Of a DNA stretch of 64,000 nt, positions 30,519-40,112 are shown one piece after another. Both the position numbers and the translations under genes were made by a program. The notes under the pieces were generated by a model. That model was given only the letters and a program-made list of their open reading frames with translations. It was not told where the DNA came from and ran no database searches. The stretch spans positions 64,001 through 128,000 of the forward strand of contig CAVWPA010000002.1 in assembly GCA_963756875.1 (NCBI GenBank). The letters are read 5' to 3'. The number at the start of each line of letters is the position of its first letter. The stretch's first letter is position 1. The DNA comes from an uncultured Verrucomicrobiae bacterium. GTDB taxonomy: Bacteria > Verrucomicrobiota > Verrucomicrobiia > Chthoniobacterales > UBA10450.

Positions 30519-30623
30519 CTACGATTTATAGCGGAGACGCTTTTTATGGCGATTCGCTTTCATGCGCTTGCGGCGCTTGTGTTTCGAAATCTTCGCCTTG
30601 CGTCGTTTTTTCAGAGAGCCCAT
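30519..30623 (-). CDS. Small basic protein, bS22 / AURKAIP1-COX24 (DUF1713) family
   Basis: Manual translation MGSLKKRRKAKISKHKRRKRMKANRHKKRLRYKS (34 aa); below the ORF-track cutoff. Confidence 0.9.
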   Translation of the reverse strand: MGSLKKRRKAKISKHKRRKRMKANRHKKRLRYKS

Positions 30624-30690
30624 GACAAAATCTTAAGCAGTTCCAATTCGTCGAATGCGAATGGAAGCACCTTTATCGTTGCGCTGCAAG

Positions 30691-31179
30691 TTAACTTCGC
30701 GCCTTCGCAAGCGCCTCGAGTAAGAGCTCGACGTGCTCGTCCGGCTTGACCCTTCGCAAAATCGCCGCGATTCGCCCCCGCCCATCGACGATAAATGTGC
30801 TGCGTTCGGTGCCCATGTATGTCTTGCCGAGAAAACTCTTTCGTACCCATACGCCGTACGCTTCGACCATCTTGTGATCGACATCCGCCAGCAACGGGAA
30901 AGGCAGAACGAATTTCTCGATGAATTTCCTGTGGGAGTCCGCGTTATCGATACTCACACCGAAAACTGCGGCCCGGCTTTTGATTTCCTTCCATGCGTCG
31001 CGCAAACCGCATGCCTGCCTGGTGCAGCCTGGAGTATTGTCCTTCGGATAGAAATAGAGAACCAGCGGCTCTCCGCGAAAATCCTTTAATGAGACTTTGC
31101 GATCAACTCCGTATTCTCCGCCGATCGCGGTTGCGCTAAAGTCCGGCGCTTTGTCGCCAGTTTTCAGTTTAGCGGCCAT
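30691..31179 (-). CDS. bcp: Thioredoxin-dependent peroxiredoxin BCP
   Basis: GDKAPDF, VLYFYPKDNTPGCTRQAC, GVS.D, ERSTF. Confidence 0.96.
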   Translation of the reverse strand: MAAKLKTGDKAPDFSATAIGGEYGVDRKVSLKDFRGEPLVLYFYPKDNTPGCTRQACGLRDAWKEIKSRAAVFGVSIDNADSHRKFIEKFVLPFPLLADVDHKMVEAYGVWVRKSFLGKTYMGTERSTFIVDGRGRIAAILRRVKPDEHVELLLEALAKARS

Positions 31180-31296
31180 GGCACGTTAAGGAAGAGCGGC
31201 GAGCGTCTGCACTGAATCTGCGAAGCCGGAATCGCTTTCCTCATATTCTCGTTTGGTTCGGCGGCATTGACCACTTGTTGCAACAGAAACTCTTCA

Positions 31297-31370
31297 TCGG
31301 GCTGGTGGGATTTGAACCCACGGCCTCCTGCACCCGAGGCAGGCGCTCTACCAAGCTGAGCCACAGCCCG
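31297..31370 (-). tRNA. tRNA-Pro (CGG), CCA not encoded
   Basis: CGGGCTG acceptor stem, GCTCAGCTTGGTAGAGC D-arm, CCTGC-CTCGGGT-GCAGG anticodon arm, GTTCAAATC T-loop. Confidence 0.96.
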
Positions 31371-31708
31371 TATAATGGTAACCGCTCCGACGTCGGTCGC
31401 GGTGGAGTTCGTTACATCGCGTATTTTCAAACTGCTGGCAAGGCTTATCAGCGCGGGGAGCGCTGAAGTGAAGTGTTGGCCAATTGCCACTTGAGGGGCA
31501 CGTCGTGCAACTGAGAATTGGCTGACACTGCCGCGGACCCTCGGCGCTAACAAATCCGTTTGACAAGCACTCCCGTTGCCTGCAAGGTCGTGACTCGTTT
31601 TTTGCAATGCTTGCCTCGCAACTTTCCCCGTCTGTTCTTGCAGCCGGCTCACCCACGATTCTCCAATTCCCGACGGAAGCGATCCGCGCCGTCAGATCCT
31701 TGCGCCAT

Positions 31709-31924
31709 ATGACGACTCAACTCCTCCAGGAAGCAGCTCAAGTCATTCCGAATCAGCAACTCCTGATCAACGTTGTCTCCAAGCGTGTGCGTCAGCTCGG
31801 CCTGGGACATCGGCCCATGGTGGAGACCACTCCGCGCATGTCGCTTACCGATATCGCGCTGAAGGAAATCATTGCCGGCAAGCTCACCTACGAATCTCTT
31901 CACGGTTCGGCCGACGACTCTTAG
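31709..31924 (+). CDS. rpoZ: RNA polymerase omega subunit
   Basis: LINVVSKRVRQL..G.RP, DIALKEI..GKL. Confidence 0.88.
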   Translation: MTTQLLQEAAQVIPNQQLLINVVSKRVRQLGLGHRPMVETTPRMSLTDIALKEIIAGKLTYESLHGSADDS

Positions 31925-31957
31925 GAGACACAGGGCGGGCCTTCTGCCCGTGCGTTT

Positions 31958-32419
31958 ATGGCCGCCGAGTCGATTGTTAATCGCAAGGCACTCCGCGATT
32001 TTCACATCCTTGATCGCTACGAAGCGGGCATCGAGCTGAAGGGCAGCGAGGTAAAGTCAATCCGGGCCGGCAAAGCCAACATCGGCGATGCATTCGCGCG
32101 CATCGAGAACGGCGAGGCCTTTCTATACAACGCCGATATCCAGCCATACGAAAAAGCCAGCATCGAGATCCCTCCTGCCAAACGTGTCCGCAAATTGTTG
32201 TTGCACCGGCAGGAAATCGACAAGCTTTACGGCGAAACGCAGGTTGCAGGACGCGCCCTGGTTGTCCTGAAGCTTTACTGGAAAAACGGGAAACTCAAAG
32301 CCGAGCTCGGCGTTGGGCAAGGCAAGGTTGCGCGCGACAAGCGCGCGGACTTGAAAAAGCGCACTGTCGATCGCGAGACCGCCCGCGAGGTCGCGCGTTT
32401 CAACCGCCGTCATTCTTAA
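31958..32419 (+). CDS. smpB: SsrA-binding protein SmpB
   Basis: NRKA..DF, EAGIEL.GSEVKSIR, RKLLLH..EI, DKR..LK. Confidence 0.97.
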   Translation: MAAESIVNRKALRDFHILDRYEAGIELKGSEVKSIRAGKANIGDAFARIENGEAFLYNADIQPYEKASIEIPPAKRVRKLLLHRQEIDKLYGETQVAGRALVVLKLYWKNGKLKAELGVGQGKVARDKRADLKKRTVDRETAREVARFNRRHS

Positions 32420-32421
32420 GC

Positions 32422-32477
32422 TGTAGCGGCGGTCTACTTGTCGCGCCGTAGCTGCGCGAAGGCGGACGACCGTCGCA
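32422..32477 (+). repeat. GTAG REP arm carrying a nested 30-bp module (32437..32466)
   Basis: TGTAGCGGCGGTCTA[CTTGTCGCGCCGTAGCTGCGCGAAGGCGGA]CGACCGTCGCA versus the empty arm at 45709. Confidence 0.88.
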
Positions 32478-32546
32478 CAAAATCGGGATTGGGTGCCCAC
32501 CGTGCTGTAGCTTGCGAACGGGGGTTGGCCACTCGACGTTTTCTGA

Positions 32547-33425
32547 ATGCCAGTCTTTTCGTTGGAGGACAAGGTCGCCCTGATCACCGGCGGCTCGCGT
32601 GGTCTGGGCCTGGTCATCGCGCGAGAACTGTGTCGTGCGCAGGCAAAAGTTGCGCTCCTTGCACGCGATCCGGAAGAGCTGGCGCGCGCAAAGGCCGATC
32701 TGGCTGGGAACGGCAGCGAAGTGCTGACGGTCCAATGCGATCTGCTCGATCGGGCTCAAATTGAATCGGCTGTTCGCCAAACTCTCGATCGATTCGGCGC
32801 GATCGATATTCTGATTAACAACGCCGGAGTCATTGTAGTCGGCCCGCTTGAGCATATGACTCGCGAAGATTTCGAGCGCAGCATGGGGGTGCATTTTTGG
32901 GCTCCGTTCGAATTGACGATGCAAATTGTTCCTGAAATGCGGCGTCGCGGCGGCGGTCGCATTGTTAATATTTCCTCAGTGGGCGGCAGGGTGGCTATCC
33001 CGCACATGGCGCCCTATGCAGCGAGCAAGTTCGCGTTAACAGGTTTCTCCGATGCGACTCGTGCCGAACTCGCCCGCCATAATATCCATGTCACCACCGT
33101 CACGCCGGGAATGATGAGGAGCGGCTCGCAGGTCCATGCGAAGTTCAAAGGTGCTCACCGTGCGGAATTCAATTGGTTCGAGTTGTCGACCAAACTTCCG
33201 CTGGCTTCCATTTCCGCCGAGCGTGCCGCCCGAAAGATTCTCGTTGCGTGCCGGCGAGGCCAGCCTGCGCTCATCATGCCGTGGCCAACGCGTTTGATCA
33301 TCGCGGCCAATTCGCTTTTTCCGGGTTTGACCGGCTACGCAATGAAAATCGTTAACCGATTCCTGCCCGCACCGACGGGCAAGGACGGCGACAAATCGAA
33401 GTCCGGTTCCGAAGTCCAAGGTTAA
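32547..33425 (+). CDS. Short-chain dehydrogenase/reductase (SDR)
   Basis: TGGSRGLG, NNAG, NISS, YAASK. Confidence 0.95.
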   Translation: MPVFSLEDKVALITGGSRGLGLVIARELCRAQAKVALLARDPEELARAKADLAGNGSEVLTVQCDLLDRAQIESAVRQTLDRFGAIDILINNAGVIVVGPLEHMTREDFERSMGVHFWAPFELTMQIVPEMRRRGGGRIVNISSVGGRVAIPHMAPYAASKFALTGFSDATRAELARHNIHVTTVTPGMMRSGSQVHAKFKGAHRAEFNWFELSTKLPLASISAERAARKILVACRRGQPALIMPWPTRLIIAANSLFPGLTGYAMKIVNRFLPAPTGKDGDKSKSGSEVQG

Positions 33426-33450
33426 TGTCTGCGTTGCCGCAAAATGTGCC

Positions 33451-34035
33451 ATGAATCGCCGGAGGCTTTTCGTAGCGATTGATTTGCCACAATCGATTCA
33501 GCAATTTCTCGTCCGCCTTGATCCGCATATTCGCGGTGTCCGTTGGACCGCCGGCGATCAAATGCATCTCACTCTCGGTTTTTTTCCGGAGGTGCCGGAG
33601 GATGTCGTCCTTATCTTGCGTGAAGAACTCGAGACGATCGAATTTCGCGCGTTCTTTCTGCCGGTCGAGAGTATTGGAACATTTCCCGCCAAGGGCGCAC
33701 CGAAAATCGTCTGGATCGGCGTTGGCGCGGCCCATCCACATCTTTTTCAACTTCACAAACGGATGCAGGACGCAGCGCTCGCTGCTGGACTCGAAGCCGA
33801 TTTGCGTCCGTGGCTTCCGCATATCAGTCTCGCGCGCTGTCGTGATGTTTCCGGCGGCGCGCTTCGCAAATTTCTCAAATCAAATGCCGATCTCGAGGTC
33901 GGAATGTTTCGCGTCGAAGCGTTTCATCTTTATTCGAGCGAACTGACATCCGCCGGCCCGATCCACACACGAGAACTGACAGTCCCCTGTAGCGGCGGTC
34001 TCCCTGTCACGCCGGAGCCACGCGAAGGCGGATGA
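33451..34035 (+). CDS. thpR: RNA 2',3'-cyclic phosphodiesterase (2'-5' RNA ligase family)
   Basis: RLFVAIDLP, HLTL.F, PHISLAR, F.LYSS.L...GP.H; last 15 codons are REP-derived. Confidence 0.92.
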   Translation: MNRRRLFVAIDLPQSIQQFLVRLDPHIRGVRWTAGDQMHLTLGFFPEVPEDVVLILREELETIEFRAFFLPVESIGTFPAKGAPKIVWIGVGAAHPHLFQLHKRMQDAALAAGLEADLRPWLPHISLARCRDVSGGALRKFLKSNADLEVGMFRVEAFHLYSSELTSAGPIHTRELTVPCSGGLPVTPEPREGG

Positions 34036-34104
34036 CAGTCGTATTAACTCTTTCTGCGAGCATTGAGTGCGGCCCGCCTACCGCAGCCAAGGGCAGCGGC
34101 TACA
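33988..34104. repeat. GTAG REP doublet between convergent thpR and MFS genes, with nested 30-bp module (34003..34032)
   Basis: TGTAGCGGCGGTCTC[CCTGTCACGCCGGAGCCACGCGAAGGCGGA]TGACAGTCG ... GCAGCGGCTACA; contains both genes' stop codons. Confidence 0.85.
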
Positions 34105-35548
34105 GCCCTTTGCTCGATAACGGCGCGGCGATCTGTTCGAGAGAGCGTCGCTCCGCGGGCACGCCGATCCATGCTTCAATCACCGCGCCAAAAATCATCA
34201 GCGCCGCAGCCACCAGATACCCGACAAACAGGGCGGTGCCGGATTTCGTGCCGATAATCCACCCGAACAATAACGGCGCGCCAACGCCGCCTGCCAGCGT
34301 CCCGATTGCATAAAAAATCGCGATCGCCAGAGCGCGAATCTCCAGCGGAAAAATCTCGCTTACCGTCAAGTAAGCAGAGCTGGCGGCTGCCGAGGCGATG
34401 AAGAAAATGATCGTCCAGGCGAGAGTTTGCGTTTCTGCAGTCAGTAATCCTGCATGAAAAAACCAGCCCGTGATCGCGAGTAAAACGCCGGCGAGCGCGT
34501 AAGTCGCCGCGATCATTTTTTTGCGGCCGATCGTGTCGAACAAATGCCCGAGCAGCAGTGGGCCAAGGACATTCCCTAGCGCGAACGGCAAAAGATAGGC
34601 GCCGACATTTTTTTCCGGCACGCCGTAAAACCGCATCAGAACAAGCGCGTAAGTGAAAAAAATCGCGTTGTAGAAAAAAGCCTGCGTCAGCATCAGCACA
34701 AAACCAAGAAACGAGCGGCGCCGATGTTCGTGTGCGATGGCGTTCCAAATCTCGTGCAAGGGAGTATGCGTGCGGGTGCGAATTCGGGTCGGAACTAACT
34801 CGCCGTAATTGGAATCAATGATCCCGTCGGGATTTGATGCCATAACTTTTCGTTCGACTTCACCCACGATTTTCTCCGCCTCTTCATTGCGTCCGTGGAT
34901 CATCAGCCAGCGTGGACTTTCCGGGATCCACCACCGAAAGAAAATCACCACCACGCCGAGGGTAGCGCCGATTCCGAACGCGCACCGCCAACCCAGCCAG
35001 ACTGGAAACCAGCGCGGATCAAGCAACACCAGGGTCGCCGCCGCTCCAAGCGCCGCACCAATCCAGTAGGAGCCGTTGATCATCAAATCCACCCGGCCGC
35101 GAACCCGCGCCGGAATCAGTTCGTCTATAGCCGAATTGATCGCTGCGTATTCACCGCCGATCCCTGCTCCGGTGATCGCCCGAAAAACCGCGTAACTCGC
35201 AAAATTCCAGGAGAACGCGCTAAGTCCCGTGGCGACGAGATAAACCGAGACAGTAATGAAGAATAATTTTTTTCGCCCCAGCCGGTCCGTTCCATAACCA
35301 AAGACCAGCGCGCCAAGGACTGCGCCCGCAAGATAGCAGGTCGCGGTCGCGCCCACCTGCGTATCGGTCAATCCCAGCGTTTCGGGGCGTGTTAGAATTC
35401 CGCCTAACGAGCCCGCCAGCGTGACTTCCAGTCCATCGAGAATCCAGGTCGCACCGAGAGCGCCCACGATGAGCCAGTGCCATCGGCTCCACGGAAGGCG
35501 ATCCAGACGTGCCGGCACGTATGACTTGATGATTTTGCCGCTCGTCAT
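34100..35548 (-). CDS. MFS transporter (sugar porter / aromatic acid-like)
   Basis: RLDRLPWS, DRLGRKK, GIGGEY, ELIPARVRG, PESPRWL, SEIFPLEIR. Confidence 0.93.
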   Translation of the reverse strand: MTSGKIIKSYVPARLDRLPWSRWHWLIVGALGATWILDGLEVTLAGSLGGILTRPETLGLTDTQVGATATCYLAGAVLGALVFGYGTDRLGRKKLFFITVSVYLVATGLSAFSWNFASYAVFRAITGAGIGGEYAAINSAIDELIPARVRGRVDLMINGSYWIGAALGAAATLVLLDPRWFPVWLGWRCAFGIGATLGVVVIFFRWWIPESPRWLMIHGRNEEAEKIVGEVERKVMASNPDGIIDSNYGELVPTRIRTRTHTPLHEIWNAIAHEHRRRSFLGFVLMLTQAFFYNAIFFTYALVLMRFYGVPEKNVGAYLLPFALGNVLGPLLLGHLFDTIGRKKMIAATYALAGVLLAITGWFFHAGLLTAETQTLAWTIIFFIASAAASSAYLTVSEIFPLEIRALAIAIFYAIGTLAGGVGAPLLFGWIIGTKSGTALFVGYLVAAALMIFGAVIEAWIGVPAERRSLEQIAAPLSSKGL

Positions 35549-35591
35549 CTTATTTCGGTTTCAGACGCCATTTGGCCTTGTTGAAATGGTA

Positions 35592-35782
35592 TGTCATTCC
35601 GAGTGGAGGAACAGCCTGCCCGCCGTGGCGGGAGGAATCTCTCATTGTTGTCAGACTGAACGCAGATGACAGCAAGAGATGTCTCCCATTCGACTCGCTA
35701 CGTTCGCTCAAGGCAGGCTTTCAATTTGGCGGCTTTGCCGCTATTAATTGGATGCAACGTCACGTTGCCGCTCGACATGATA
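35592..35782. repeat. GTCAT-ended palindromic element with internal insertions
   Basis: TGTCATTCCGAG..GAGGAATCTCT ... AGAGATGTCTC ... CTCGACATGATA; relatives at 53104 and 56308. Confidence 0.7.
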
Positions 35783-35796
35783 AGAGGACGTCAGAC

Positions 35797-36393
35797 TCAA
35801 CCAGGCGGTTTTGTCACTCTCTTGCCGTTGTTCGCCAGCCGCTCAAGTTCCCTGAGCACGCGATCGAGTTCCTGCACCAGTGGCTTGACGCGCCGTCCGC
35901 TAAAGGCGTTCACCAGTGCCCGGTAATACCAGAGGGTCCCTTGCTTTCCTCCTTTAAATCGGCCCCAGAGCTTTTCTCCATCCCGCCGATAGGCCATCAG
36001 CGAGGAGCGAACATTGTGCAGCTTGTCCGACGCGGAAACGAGTTGAGTTCTCTGCGAAGCATGACCGACATGCGCGACATACGCTTTCTTTCGCCGCAAC
36101 CACGGCGGTTTCGGCGTTTGATCCGTGTCCGTGCAACCGTCCACGATCTTCGCGACGGCTTTGCCGAATTGACGCTCGATGTCGCGTAATCGCTTCGAGC
36201 CGCCGCAGTCTTCGACGGCATCGTGCAAAAGGGCGCCGATCGCTTCCGTTTCGGTAGCGCCATACTCGAGCGCGATCGACGTTACGCCCAGGATGTGTGC
36301 GATGTAAGGGATCCTGGTTTTCTTTCGCAACTGGCCGCCATGAATTCGTGTGGCGTAAACCAGCGCGTTCTCAAATTTCGGCGACAATCGCAT
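35797..36393 (-). CDS. HD-domain small alarmone hydrolase-like protein (RelA/SpoT hydrolase, Mesh1-like)
   Basis: H.GQ.RK....PYIAH, LLHDAVED, DKLHN. Confidence 0.88.
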   Translation of the reverse strand: MRLSPKFENALVYATRIHGGQLRKKTRIPYIAHILGVTSIALEYGATETEAIGALLHDAVEDCGGSKRLRDIERQFGKAVAKIVDGCTDTDQTPKPPWLRRKKAYVAHVGHASQRTQLVSASDKLHNVRSSLMAYRRDGEKLWGRFKGGKQGTLWYYRALVNAFSGRRVKPLVQELDRVLRELERLANNGKRVTKPPG

Positions 36394-36432
36394 TCTTTCG
36401 TTTATTGAAGCGTCTCTGATGACAGCGCCTGT

Positions 36433-37819
36433 TCACAGCGTGCTGGATGGGACAAGGATCGCGTCGCTCATTCCGTGCAGAAATTTTTTGTCGGCGGGAA
36501 CGATTGTCGCGAGTGCGCCTCGCAATTTGACGCGATCGCTCTCGACGAAGAAATAGGGGCAAAGGCGCACGCGGCCTTTTATCGTTTTCAATTCGGTCGA
36601 TTCCGGATCCCAATATCGATGCTCGAACAGGCGGCCCTTGTGAAACTTCTGCATGATTGTGGGCGACGATTCGAATGTGGCGAGCGCGTGGTCGATTCGC
36701 TTTTCCCATTCAACATGCGGGAGATCGGCGCCGAGCGAGACACCGCGGCTGCCCCAGCCAAGCGGCGAAAATCCGCTCACTTTCAATAGAAGATCGCGAT
36801 CTTTCTGGCTAAACCTGGTGGCCTCGCGCCAATCGTGAATCTCAAGGCGTGGAATGACCGCATGCTGCGGCAACGGGGTGGGATCGAGCAGCCATGAATA
36901 GGGGATGACTTCCTGCAGCTTGAGAAAATATTTTTCGCCCAACTCGCGCCGCCAGAATTCACGCAACGGCTGCATCCAAAAGAGCGCAAACCACATTTTT
37001 TCTTCGAGGTACGGCTTGATCGGCGGTGTAATGGTGATGCGGCCTTCTGCATTCGCGCGCAGTGTCTTGTCGACGTTCGGGATGTTCGGCAGATCGAACA
37101 ACTCGAAGAAGCGGTAAACCGCGCGCCCATCCTCCGGCTCATAATTTTCCGCCGGCACGACGCGGAAAGAAGCCGATGCTGGATGTTGGATGCTGGATGC
37201 TGGATTTTCCGAGGCGGTGTCCGGCTTCTCATCCAGCATCAAGGATCCAGCATCCAGTATCTTCCGGTTGAGTCGCGCGGCCAGCCATTCCATCTCCGGA
37301 CGATAAGTTGCCGATTCCTGCGAAATCGCGACATCGCCGCCGTTGGGAAGAACGCTTTGAAATCCATCGAGCATTCCGTCCGTGCCACCAATGATTTCCT
37401 TTTCGAACGTCGAATAAGTTTGATTGAGCCACGCGGTTAAACCAATGCCGCCGGGTACAGAATCGATTTCCGCGATGATATAACCTTCGTCGGTGAGAAT
37501 GAGATCGGGGCGAATCACACGCGGCAGGTCTTCTCGAATCTCCTTGCGTCGGGAGAATTCGACGAGTTCCGGCGGTTTGCCGGCGTCCAGATACCGCGCA
37601 ATCCACGGCGGTTGCTTTCCCTTGATGCTCAACTGGTAAAGCTGGTTGCACGCGCGTTGAAAAACGAACAGGCGATGTCCAAGCTGTTCGAGCTCAGCCA
37701 CAAATGTCTTTCTCGACCGGAAACGCGTCGGGCGAAAGCAGCCAGTCCTTTTCCGCGAAGAGGCCCTCTTTCGGGAAGGCGGCACGAATGGCGGAAAGTC
37801 TGTCTTCTTGGACGAACAT
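36433..37819 (-). pseudogene. ATP-grasp-like (glutathionylspermidine synthase-like) protein with an early +1 frameshift
   Basis: IRPDLIL..G..IAEIDSVPGGIG, LLKVSG...WGSRGV..G, IMQKF; the N-terminus MFVQEDR..LSPDAFPVE joins KTFVAELEQ if one T is removed at 37709-37711. Confidence 0.7.
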
Positions 37820-37823
37820 TAAG

Positions 37824-37922
37824 AGCAAACGTCCAACGCCGAACGCCGAACGTCCAACGTCCAATGCAGAAAATTTCTGAATTCGACTTTCGGCGTTGGA
37901 CGTTGAGCGTTCGGCGTTTGCT
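37824..37922. repeat. Inverted heptamer tandem array (AACGYCS)n ... complementary tract
   Basis: AACGTCC AACGCCG AACGCCG AACGTCC AACGTCC ... CGGCGTT GGACGTT GAGCGTT CGGCGTT; fills the gap after ruvA. Confidence 0.88.
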
Positions 37923-37925
37923 GCA

Positions 37926-38537
37926 TTATCTCCCTGCGGCAATCCGCTTGAGCGCCAGCTTCACCAAATCCTCCGCCGATTGCGCTTCTCCTTTTTCCTG
38001 CAGATCGCGCACCGCTTTATGGGCATCGACCTGCTTGTAACCGAGCGCGATCAGGGCGAGCACCGCTTCGTTTGCCTGCTCCTGTTCGGGAGTAGGCGCG
38101 TGCGCCGCGCTTGCCACCTCCCATGCCGCGGCGACTCCAAGCTTGTCTTTCAATTCGAGAACGATTCGCTCGGCCGTTTTCTTGCCCAGGCCGCTGATTT
38201 TCGAAAGAGCCGCCACATCGGAATTCACGACCGCACTCTTGAAATTGGATACGCTCATTCCGCTTAACACAGCGAGCGCCAGCTTCGGCCCGATCCCGCT
38301 CACGTTGTTGACGAGCAGCCGAAAAAGATCGCGTTCCGGCGCGGTCATGAACCCGTAAAGCACATGGGCATCTTCACGGACGTGCAAGTGCGTCAGAATC
38401 CGGACCGCTTGACCAACCGCTGGAAGCCGATCGTAACTGGAAAGTGGAATGAGAACCTCGTAGCCGACTCCACCAACATCGACAATCGCCTGCGTTGGCA
38501 ACGCGCTAACCAGTTTGCCGTCGAGAAACGTGATCAT
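37926..38537 (-). CDS. ruvA: Holliday junction branch migration protein RuvA
   Basis: DVGGVGYEV, HVRED...LYGF, VSGIGPKLAL, GLGKKTAERIVLELKDK, LIALGY. Confidence 0.98.
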   Translation of the reverse strand: MITFLDGKLVSALPTQAIVDVGGVGYEVLIPLSSYDRLPAVGQAVRILTHLHVREDAHVLYGFMTAPERDLFRLLVNNVSGIGPKLALAVLSGMSVSNFKSAVVNSDVAALSKISGLGKKTAERIVLELKDKLGVAAAWEVASAAHAPTPEQEQANEAVLALIALGYKQVDAHKAVRDLQEKGEAQSAEDLVKLALKRIAAGR

Positions 38538-38580
38538 GTTTGGCCAATTCCTAACAGCGCGCGCTCAAACTGTAAACTAC

Positions 38581-38642
38581 TGTAGCGGCAGGCGTGCCGC
38601 CTGCGTTGTTGGATGAGCGCAGCCGACACGGCTGCCTCTACA
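38581..38642. repeat. GTAG-type REP doublet
   Basis: TGTAGCGGCAGGCGTGCCGCCTGC...GCAGCCGACACGGCTGCCTCTACA. Confidence 0.88.
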
Positions 38643-38646
38643 GAAT

Positions 38647-40110
38647 TCACTCCGGTTTCAGCAACAGCGTCAGTTCGACCCATTTGCCTTTCGGGATATT
38701 AAATCCGCGCGTTGAAAATGTTTTCCAGTTCGCCGGCGGGTCTGGAAACAGCTCTCGTTCGCGATCCGTCGGCATGATGACGAACCGTGGGCCCGGTCGC
38801 TCCATGAAACCGACTGTCCTGCGTGGATTGGGCGTGGTCATGAATCCGCGAATCCGGGAACGAAAATACCAGACCAAACTCGGCTCTGTGAAATCGGCGG
38901 CCGCGAATTCCATTGGGGCCAGCAACTGGGACCTCGCCTGTTGGTAAAGTTGCCATGAAGGGAAGAAACGGGCGGTAGCCGGCGCGACCAGCAGGGAGAT
39001 TCCAAGACAAAATGCGGCCATGCCGACGGCGAATTTCTTCAGCAGCGAAATCGAAAGTTCGCTGCGAATCCAGCTTCGTGTGAAGAGAAGCGCCAGCATT
39101 GGAAATGCGGGGAGCGTGTAATGCGGCAGTTTCGTTTTTACGAACGTAAAAATGAGGAAAATAATGGCCACGCGCCAGAGCAGGTAGGTATCGATGTGGT
39201 CGTGGTCTCGCCAAAGCGTTTTGGTCAGCCAGGGAAGTTTGATGGACCAGGGAAAAAAACTAAAAAACACCAGGACGAAGTAGTACGGAAGCATGAGCAG
39301 ATAGACGCCTAACGAGTTAGCACCGTGACCTTCCATCGCGCCAAACGAACGCTTGATGACGTGTCGCCCGATCCCGATCCTGAGAAACTCACCATGTGTT
39401 TGAACGAGCGCCGGAACTCCCCAAAGGGCGACGATGCCCAACATCAGCAGAATCCCGGAAACAAACTTGAAGCGATGGCTGAGCGGAAAACGTGGGCGAA
39501 AAAGTTTGGTCGATTCAGCGGTCAGTAACGGCGTCCATCCAATCGGCCCTTTCGCCAGGAATGCAAAAGCGAGCCCGAGATAGAAGGTCCACCACCAATA
39601 GGGCGATGGTTTCGACATTGAGCTCTGCGCGGCAGCAGTTTTTCCCAATCCCACCAGTTCGTGCCCGGCCCAGAACGCCAGCGTAACGAAGAGAACCAGC
39701 CACATGTCCGCCACCGCGGCCTTTGCGTGCACGAATGTTTGCAACGACAAGCTGAATATGATGGCCGCCCACCAGCCGAGTTTTGGACCGTCAATGCGCG
39801 ATCCCCATGCGAAAATCGCGAGAGCGATTAGAGCAGCCGCAATGGCCGATGGAAAACGGGCGGCGAAATCGTTTTGGCCAAAAATTTTGTAACTGACAAT
39901 CTGGGCCCAATAGGTGAAGGGCGGTTTATCGAGGCGAAAATGGTTGTTGAAGTAGGGAACGACGTAATTGCCGCGCTGGATCATTTCGCGTGACGCTTCC
40001 GAGAAGCGCGGCTCATCGCGATCGATCAACGGCAGGCTCCAGGTGCCGGCCATGTGGAACAACACACAGCCGATAAACAAAATTGCGTAATTGCGGGCTT
40101 CGGATTTCAA
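38647..40110 (-). CDS. ArnT/PMT-family (GT-C) glycosyltransferase
   Basis: D.DEPRF..ASREM, P.FN...R.DKPP..YW, ARFPSA, LAKGP, KTKLPHY.LP. Confidence 0.92.
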   Translation of the reverse strand: MKSEARNYAILFIGCVLFHMAGTWSLPLIDRDEPRFSEASREMIQRGNYVVPYFNNHFRLDKPPFTYWAQIVSYKIFGQNDFAARFPSAIAAALIALAIFAWGSRIDGPKLGWWAAIIFSLSLQTFVHAKAAVADMWLVLFVTLAFWAGHELVGLGKTAAAQSSMSKPSPYWWWTFYLGLAFAFLAKGPIGWTPLLTAESTKLFRPRFPLSHRFKFVSGILLMLGIVALWGVPALVQTHGEFLRIGIGRHVIKRSFGAMEGHGANSLGVYLLMLPYYFVLVFFSFFPWSIKLPWLTKTLWRDHDHIDTYLLWRVAIIFLIFTFVKTKLPHYTLPAFPMLALLFTRSWIRSELSISLLKKFAVGMAAFCLGISLLVAPATARFFPSWQLYQQARSQLLAPMEFAAADFTEPSLVWYFRSRIRGFMTTPNPRRTVGFMERPGPRFVIMPTDRERELFPDPPANWKTFSTRGFNIPKGKWVELTLLLKPE

Positions 40111-40112
40111 AT

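Noticed and set aside
31180..31700. Genomic island or prophage at tRNA-Pro
   Set aside because: Flanked by bcp and rpoZ; I saw no integrase and no direct repeat of the tRNA 3' end.
37824..37922. Repeat tracts as a possible CRISPR array
   Set aside because: Units are 6-10 bp and tandem with no unique spacers; no cas genes in the window.
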